DNA of 64,000 nucleotides from Escherichia coli (GTDB lineage Bacteria; Pseudomonadota; Gammaproteobacteria; Enterobacterales; Enterobacteriaceae): NCBI RefSeq assembly GCF_003790525.1, contig NZ_CP033633.1; one strand, 5' to 3'. Shown piece by piece: positions 57,713 to 64,000 of this stretch (position 1 is its first letter; each line of letters starts with the position of its first letter). The notes under the pieces were generated by a model. It saw only the letters and a program-made list of their open reading frames with translations, ran no database searches and was not told where the DNA came from. The position numbers and the translations under genes were made by a program.

Positions 57713-57750
57713 CTAAACATATATAAAAGCCGTCTTGCCAGGAGGAAGAC

Positions 57751-57981
57751 ATGAGAACCGTATCTATTTTCAAAAATGGCAATAACCGCGCGATCCGTCT
57801 GCCCCGCGATCTGGATTTTGAGGGGGTGAGTGAGCTGGAGATTGTACGGGAAGGGGACAGAATCATTCTGCGTCCCCTCCGCCCGAGCTGGAGCTCATTC
57901 CTGGAGCTAGAAAAGGCCGATCCGGGCTTTATGACGGAACGCGAGGACGTTGTCTGCGACGAAGGACGATTTAACCTGTGA
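57751..57981 (+). CDS. vagC: type II antitoxin VagC/VapB (AbrB/SpoVT fold)
   Basis: 76 aa; MRTVSIFKNGNNRAIRLPRDL...; overlaps vagD. Confidence 0.8.
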   Translation: MRTVSIFKNGNNRAIRLPRDLDFEGVSELEIVREGDRIILRPLRPSWSSFLELEKADPGFMTEREDVVCDEGRFNL

Positions 57982-58394
57982 ACAAGATCTATATGCTCGA
58001 CACGAACATCTGCTCGTTCATCATGCGCGAGCAGCCTGAAGCAGTGCTTAAGAATCTGGAGCAGGCGGTGCTGCGCGGTCACCGTATAGTGGTCTCGGCC
58101 ATCACCTACTCCGAGATGCGCTTCGGCGCCACCGGTCCAAAGGCATCGCCACGCCACGTGCAGCTGGTTGACGCGTTCTGCGCCCGTCTCGATGCCATCC
58201 TGCCCTGGGATCGCGCTGCGGTGGATGCAACCACGGAGGTTAAGGTGGCGCTGCGCCTCGCCGGCACGCCGATCGGTCCGAACGACACGGCGATCGCCGG
58301 GCACGCCATCGCCACCGGGGCAATACTGGTGACGAATAATGTGAGAGAGTTTGAGCGGGTGCCTGGACTGGTACTGGAAGACTGGGCAGGATAA
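57978..58394 (+). CDS. vagD: type II toxin VagD/VapC (PIN-domain RNase)
   Basis: 138 aa; MLDTNICSFIMRE... PIN acidic residues; 4-bp overlap with vagC. Confidence 0.8.
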   Translation: MNKIYMLDTNICSFIMREQPEAVLKNLEQAVLRGHRIVVSAITYSEMRFGATGPKASPRHVQLVDAFCARLDAILPWDRAAVDATTEVKVALRLAGTPIGPNDTAIAGHAIATGAILVTNNVREFERVPGLVLEDWAG

Positions 58395-58438
58395 AGGAGT
58401 AAGGCCGCCCCCGACGGCCTTACCACTATTTTGCGATG

Positions 58439-58901
58439 TCAGTCGTATTCATTTTCAGCGTTAAAAAAGGGCTCTATACGAATACGTGTATCAGCGTGAG
58501 TAAGTTTCGGCGGCCTGATAAATCCACTATTTCCCAGCTGGACAGCCAGTTGCCACATGGCATCACTACGGGGAATGCTACGATAATTCCTCTCTGTGAG
58601 GAAAGCGGCATAATCCTGATGCCCGAACGTCATGAGCACCTGTCTGATGAACTTGTGTGACCCACCGTCATTTTTAAGACATTGCATCAGCAGTGCCTGC
58701 TTCTGCCGGTCATCGGTTATTTTGGTGGAGAACCTTATCAGGGCTTGCTGGCTGAGAAGTGGTGCCTCAGAGAGCAGGGCTTCATCTTTTTCCCAGAGCC
58801 AGTTCAGGATACTGATACAGACTTCATCTGCAATCTTATCGCCATTCAGAATTAAACGAGTAATCCCCAGGTCAAACTGGTCATCAGCAAATAAAACAAG
58901 C
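58439..58901 (-). pseudogene. 3' fragment of an unknown gene truncated by IS629
   Basis: Minus frame open from the IS629 boundary for ~154 codons (LVLFADDQFDLGITRLILNGDKIADEV...NAENEYD stop); no start. Confidence 0.4.
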
Positions 58902-58955
58902 TGAACCGCCCCGGGAATCCTGGAGACTAAACTCCCTGATAAAGAGGTAAACAGA

Positions 58956-59282
58956 ATGACTAAAAATACTCGTTTTTCCCCCGAAGTCCGTCAGAGGGCG
59001 ATTCGTATGGTTCTGGAAAGTCAGGGCGAATATGACTCACAGTGGGCGGCAATTTGTTCCATTGCCCCAAAGATTGGCTGTACACCGGAGACTCTGCGTG
59101 TCTGGGTACGCCAGCATGAGCGGGATACCGGAGGCGGTGATGGCGGGCTCACCACCGCTGAACGTCAGCGTCTGAAAGAGCTGGAACGTGAAAATCGTGA
59201 ACTGCGCCGCAGTAACGATATCCTTCGCCAGGCTTCCGCTTATTTTGCGAAGGCGGAGTTCGACCGCCTCTGGAAAAAGTGA
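58956..59282 (+). CDS. IS629 transposase OrfA
   Basis: 108 aa, identical to the copy at 39383-39709. Confidence 0.85.
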   Translation: MTKNTRFSPEVRQRAIRMVLESQGEYDSQWAAICSIAPKIGCTPETLRVWVRQHERDTGGGDGGLTTAERQRLKELERENRELRRSNDILRQASAYFAKAEFDRLWKK

Positions 59283-60169
59283 TGCCACTGCTGGATAAGC
59301 TGCGTAAGCTGTACGGGGTCGGACCGGTATGCAGTGAACTACATATTGCCCCGTCAACGTATTACCACTGTCAGCAACAGCGACATCATCCTTATAAACG
59401 CAGTGCCCGTGCGCAGCGCGATGACTGGCTGAAGAAAGAGATACTGCGCGTATACGATGGGAATCATCAGGTATATGGTGTGCGTAAAGTCTGGCGTCAG
59501 TTGTTACGGGAAGGAATCAGGGTAGCCAGATGTACAGTGGCGCGCCTCATGGCGGTTATGGGACTTGCCGGTGTTCTCCGGGGTAAAAAGGTCCGCACTA
59601 CCGTCAGCCGGAAAGCCGTTGCCGCAGGCGACCGCGTAAACCGTCAGTTTGTGGCAGAACGTCCTGACCAGTTGTGGGTGGCTGATTTTACTTACGTCAG
59701 CACATGGCAGGGGGTCGTCTATGTGGCGTTCATCATTGATGTGTTTGCCGGATACATCGTGGGGTGGCGGGTCTCATCGTCTATGGAAACGACATTCGTG
59801 CTGGATGCTCTGGAGCAGGCGTTATGGGCCCGTCGACCGTCCGGCACAGTCCATCACAGTGATAAAGGTTCTCAGTATGTATCGCTGGCCTACACACAGC
59901 GGCTTAAGGAAGCCGGATTACTGGCATCAACAGGAAGTACTGGTGACTCGTATGACAACGCGATGGCGGAGAGCATCAATGGCCTTTACAAAGCGGAGGT
60001 AATACACCGTAAGAGCTGGAAAAACCGGACAGAAGTGGAGCTGGCCACACTCACGTGGGTGGACTGGTATAACAATCGACGATTGCTGGAAAGGCTGGGC
60101 CATATCCCACCGGCAGAAGCAGAAAAAGCTTATTATGCTTCCATCGGAAACGATGATCTGGCAGCCTGA
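59279..60169 (+). CDS. IS629 transposase OrfB
   Basis: 296 aa, identical to the copy at 38496-39386. Confidence 0.85.
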   Translation: MMPLLDKLRKLYGVGPVCSELHIAPSTYYHCQQQRHHPYKRSARAQRDDWLKKEILRVYDGNHQVYGVRKVWRQLLREGIRVARCTVARLMAVMGLAGVLRGKKVRTTVSRKAVAAGDRVNRQFVAERPDQLWVADFTYVSTWQGVVYVAFIIDVFAGYIVGWRVSSSMETTFVLDALEQALWARRPSGTVHHSDKGSQYVSLAYTQRLKEAGLLASTGSTGDSYDNAMAESINGLYKAEVIHRKSWKNRTEVELATLTWVDWYNNRRLLERLGHIPPAEAEKAYYASIGNDDLAA

Positions 60170-60559
60170 GTTCACAGATAAAACACTCTCCAGGAAACCC
60201 GGGGCGGTTCAAACACCCTTTCTTCATCCATCCTGCGCGCTCCATCTGATAATGTTCTGACAGGTAAAAATCAAATTCTGTATGATTTTTGTGTTATCGA
60301 TTTATGATAATATCAGATATTTTTTCATTACTTATGATTAAAATCATATCTAATATGAATTTATGTGTATTGCTTAATTATCATATCACCTGCCCGTTTC
60401 CCGCCGCGCAGATCCGGTTTCCGGCTGAAGTGGATCCAGACCTGATTTGTTGCTGAGTATCGGTAAAAGTGCGGCTTATAAGCTATTCTGAAACATGGCA
60501 AGTGAATCTGGGCTGTATAATTCCGGCAAGTGTCATCTGTATTTAAAGGACGTGTGAGT

Positions 60560-61012
60560 ATGAAATTTATGGAATGTGCTGTCCGGGATGTGATTTATGG
60601 GACCAATGTCCGTCTTGTCAAACCGGTCAACATTTATGAATGTGAACTCGGGGACAATGTGTTTGTCGGCCCCTTCGTTGAGATACAGAAAGGCTGTGTC
60701 ATTGGTAGTGGAAGTCGGATACAGTCGCACACGTTTATTTGTGAGAACGTAACACTGGGGGAGAAGTGCTTCATTGGTCATAACGTGACGTTCGCCAACG
60801 ATCTGTTTCGTTCAGGAGCACCAGATCCGTCACCGGATAACTGGATCAGCATTACCCTGGGGGATTCGGTTACTGTTGGCAGTGGAGCCATTATTCTGTC
60901 TCCGTATATATGCAGCGGAGCTGTTATTGGTGCGGGTTCAGTTGTGGTAAAACCGATTGAGAACAAAGGCATTTATGCAGGAAACCCGGCAAGACTGCTC
61001 AGAATATTATGA
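60560..61012 (+). CDS. hexapeptide-repeat acetyltransferase (left-handed beta-helix family)
   Basis: ~150 aa from MKFMECAV...; imperfect hexapeptide repeats (VFVGPFVEIQKGCVIGSGSRIQS...); ORF track start at 60530. Confidence 0.65.
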   Translation: MKFMECAVRDVIYGTNVRLVKPVNIYECELGDNVFVGPFVEIQKGCVIGSGSRIQSHTFICENVTLGEKCFIGHNVTFANDLFRSGAPDPSPDNWISITLGDSVTVGSGAIILSPYICSGAVIGAGSVVVKPIENKGIYAGNPARLLRIL

Positions 61013-61020
61013 AAAAGAAA

Positions 61021-61043
61021 AGGGCCGTTACTGGCCCTTTTTA
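61021..61043 (+). terminator. rho-independent terminator
   Basis: AGGGCC-gttact-GGCCCT followed by TTTTT, 9 bp after the acetyltransferase stop. Confidence 0.65.
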
Positions 61044-61408
61044 TCAGAGGTAGGTCTGTGAATACGGCAGGTGTACAGAAATCGACTGCCGGGGATCGAT
61101 TTCCAGGGCCGCCCGGTATTCTGCGTCAGTGATATCACCTTTTTTCGGTAAATAACCGAGAGCATCGTTTCCCAGCCCTGACAGTATGCGTATTCTGGCG
61201 ATCCGGAAATCAAACAGGCTGTCCATCATACCATGCTCCGGAAATGCGGGAGGAGTGGCCAGATAGGCAGGTTTGACCATTGTCCTAAAGTGCCTTCAGG
61301 AAGAGATAATCGGGAAGCGCCTTCACTGATCGAAAGTTGATTTTCAAGAACCGTTCTGACAGCTTCGGCTTTGAACTCTTTAGAGTAACGTTGGGTTTTT
61401 CTGCTCAT
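61044..61408 (-). mobile_element. IS3-family transposase remnants (fragmented OrfA-like sequence)
   Basis: ORF 61226-61408 begins MSRKTQRYSKEFKAEAVRTV, typical IS3-family OrfA N-terminus; broken frames. Confidence 0.45.
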
Positions 61409-62389
61409 TATTAGCTCCTTCTGATGCCATTCTATTTCAGGAAGGAGTGTCCGTTAAACCCAGGCTACCTCATAGTTCATTTTCTGTTGATGCGCTGAAG
61501 ATCATTTCATTCAAAATACTGACATCTTTCATAAAGACCTCCATTTTATGTCGGGGAAAAATAAAGCACAGATAAACCATATTTTCACATTTAATTTACA
61601 AATTAGTGGTATCAGTCACAAATAACTTACAGGTCCGGTAATATCGGTCTGTTAGTGATATTTACTGAAAATGATGGAAAGATATTGATAACGTGGTTGC
61701 CATAACCAATGCTTCAGGGAAGCCGATATGGTTAATGTCATTACAATCGTCGCCACAGTTGCCTGTGTATCCGGATATTTGAAATGGATCTTCCAGAAGC
61801 GGACTCGGGTAGTATCTTCATGGTTTGGCTTTCAGCAGATCTGTGACTCTGCTATTTATTGATGAATATGACCTTTACAATTCCAGTTATTGTTCTGATT
61901 GCAATAATCACTTCATCACAATAATCCACCATTTTTTGTGATTATCTGGCAATAATTTTCTTTTCTGCTCCAGAGATCCGAAAACTCCTGGTTCCGGATC
62001 CGCGGATCCTTCGCTGCCGCCCGCTGGTCCGCTTTCACAGGATGTGGTGTCCCGCTCCGCTGACATGACACTGTATGTTGTGTTTCTTCCCGTGTTCCCG
62101 AGCCAGTCATCAGCGGCAGAAAAGATCGCTTCGCTTATTCACTGATCCTGATTCACTTCCGGAAAATCCTGAATCCGATAAAAATCGGATCATAGAAAAA
62201 CAGTCATCCTGTAATTTATCATGGTTACTACATTGCAGGTTATTATTGTCATGATTACTTTTCAGGTCAGTTATTGATGGTGGTGTTAATAATAGCTGGA
62301 TAACAATATTCCGTTGCCGGAGGCATGTTATAGCGTAATACTGGTGTATACTTAATGGTGTACAGAGAGTATGTAAGATGAGGTGCATT

Positions 62390-62915
<526 letters not shown>

Positions 62916-63725
62916 ATGTCAGGCTCCGTTATACACAGCCAGTCTGCAGCCATGGTACCGGCAGTGTATTCTGCCGGACAGTCTGCACAACTTCCTGTTG
63001 CCATTGATTATCCGGCAGCTCTGGCACTCCGCCAGATGTCGATGGTTCATGATGAACTGCCGAAATATCTGCTGGCTCCCGAGGTGAGTGCCCTGCTTCA
63101 TTATGTCCCGGATCTGCGCCGCAAGATGCTGCTGGCCACTCTGTGGAACACCGGCGCGCGTATTAATGAAGCACTAGCGCTGACGCGGGGGGATTTTTCG
63201 CTCACGCCTCCGTATCCGTTTGTGCAGCTGGCCACTCTGAAGCAGCGGACAGAAAAAGCCGCCAGGAGGGCAGGAAGGATGCCCGCCGGTCAGCAGACTC
63301 ACCGTCTGGTTCCGCTCTCCGACGCCTGGTACGTCAGCCAGCTGCAGACGATGGTGGCCACACTGAAAATCCCCATGGAACGGCGTAATAAACGAACAGG
63401 CAGGACAGAGAAAGCGCGGATCTGGGAAGTGACGGACAGAACGGTCAGGACCTGGATTGGGGAGGCGGTTGCCGCCGCTGCTGCTGACGGTGTGACGTTC
63501 TCTGTTCCGGTCACACCACATACGTTCCGCCATTCCTATGCGATGCACATGCTGTATGCCGGTATACCGCTGAAAGTTCTGCAAAGCCTGATGGGACATA
63601 AGTCCATCAGTTCAACGGAAGTCTACACGAAGGTTTTTGCGCTGGATGTGGCTGCCCGGCACCGGGTGCAGTTTGCGATGCCTGAGTCCGATGCGGTCAC
63701 AATGCTGAAAAACAGACATGTATAA
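62916..63725 (+). CDS. resD: ResD-like tyrosine site-specific recombinase (multimer resolvase of the F ccd-resD module)
   Basis: 269 aa; tyrosine-recombinase box HTFRHSYAMHMLYAGIPLKVLQSLMGHKSISSTEVYTKV; immediately downstream of ccdB. Confidence 0.7.
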   Translation: MSGSVIHSQSAAMVPAVYSAGQSAQLPVAIDYPAALALRQMSMVHDELPKYLLAPEVSALLHYVPDLRRKMLLATLWNTGARINEALALTRGDFSLTPPYPFVQLATLKQRTEKAARRAGRMPAGQQTHRLVPLSDAWYVSQLQTMVATLKIPMERRNKRTGRTEKARIWEVTDRTVRTWIGEAVAAAAADGVTFSVPVTPHTFRHSYAMHMLYAGIPLKVLQSLMGHKSISSTEVYTKVFALDVAARHRVQFAMPESDAVTMLKNRHV

Positions 63726-63807
63726 TAAGTCACAATTATGAATTGTGATTTCTTCTATAAAAAAGAGACCACTGCAATATGTGATCTCTTGTATTATTTC
63801 ATAATTG

Positions 63808-64000
63808 GGTGATGCTGCCAACTTACTGATTTAGTGTATGATGGTGTTTTTGAGGTGCTCCAGTGGCTTCTGTTTCTATCAGCTGTCCCTCCTGTTCAGC
63901 TACTGACGGGGTGGTGCGTAACGGCAAAAGCACCGCCGGACATCAGCGCTATCTCTGCTCTCACTGCCGTAAAACATGGCAACTGCAGTTCACTTACACC
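63808..64000 (+). mobile_element. IS1, left 193 bp of a third copy (continues beyond window end)
   Basis: GGTGATGCTGCCAACTTACTGATTTAGTGTATGATGG... identical to the IS1 left end and start of insA. Confidence 0.85.

Larger units (their letters stand above)
58902..60211 (+). mobile_element. IS629 (IS3 family), complete 1310-bp copy, inverted relative to 38454-39763
   Basis: Identical OrfA (58956-59282) and OrfB (59279-60169) proteins; same terminal repeats. Confidence 0.85.

Overview
This window is a mosaic conjugative-plasmid segment of Enterobacteriaceae type, read from sequence alone with no database searches. The left ~19 kb is an IncI-type backbone, mostly on the minus strand: the 5' part of rci, a four-repeat shufflon carrying four alternative pilV 3' cassettes, the thin-pilus (type IVb) operon pilV-pilU-pilT-pilS-pilR-pilQ-[two unassigned genes]-pilP-pilO-pilN-pilM-pilL, AT-rich membrane ORFs, an NfeD/SPFH (YqiJ/YqiK-like) pair, TraC-like and NusG-like regulators, and a RepA replicon with leader peptide, antisense-RNA target stem-loop and downstream origin. 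The remaining ~44 kb is IS-riddled accessory DNA: four type II toxin-antitoxin pairs (Phd/RelE-like, RHH/ParE-like, VagCD, CcdAB), a FinO-like protein, an orphan microcin B17 immunity gene (mcbG), a 1165-aa autotransporter, AraC and PerC-like regulators, a phytase-like secreted protein, a GC-rich ABC importer plus MFS cluster, a truncated colicin-type immunity gene, a secreted EEP-family protein between two IS1 copies, a cytochrome b562-like protein, a 528-aa ORF behind triplicated repeats, two hexapeptide acetyltransferases, a serine resolvase with res site, and F-type ccdAB-resD. IS content: IS1 x3, IS629 x2, IS256-family x3, IS66-family x2, IS91-family x2, one IS3-family element, IS3-like fragments and an orphan Tn3-family inverted repeat. 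No rRNA, tRNA or CRISPR array was found. The best candidates for an undescribed system are (1) the two-gene module inside the pil operon at 7370-8616, (2) the AT-rich two-gene cassette at 22050-22594, which shares a 3' sequence element with the EEP cassette, and (3) the 528-aa ORF with upstream repeats at 56079-57720. None of these could be assigned a function from sequence.
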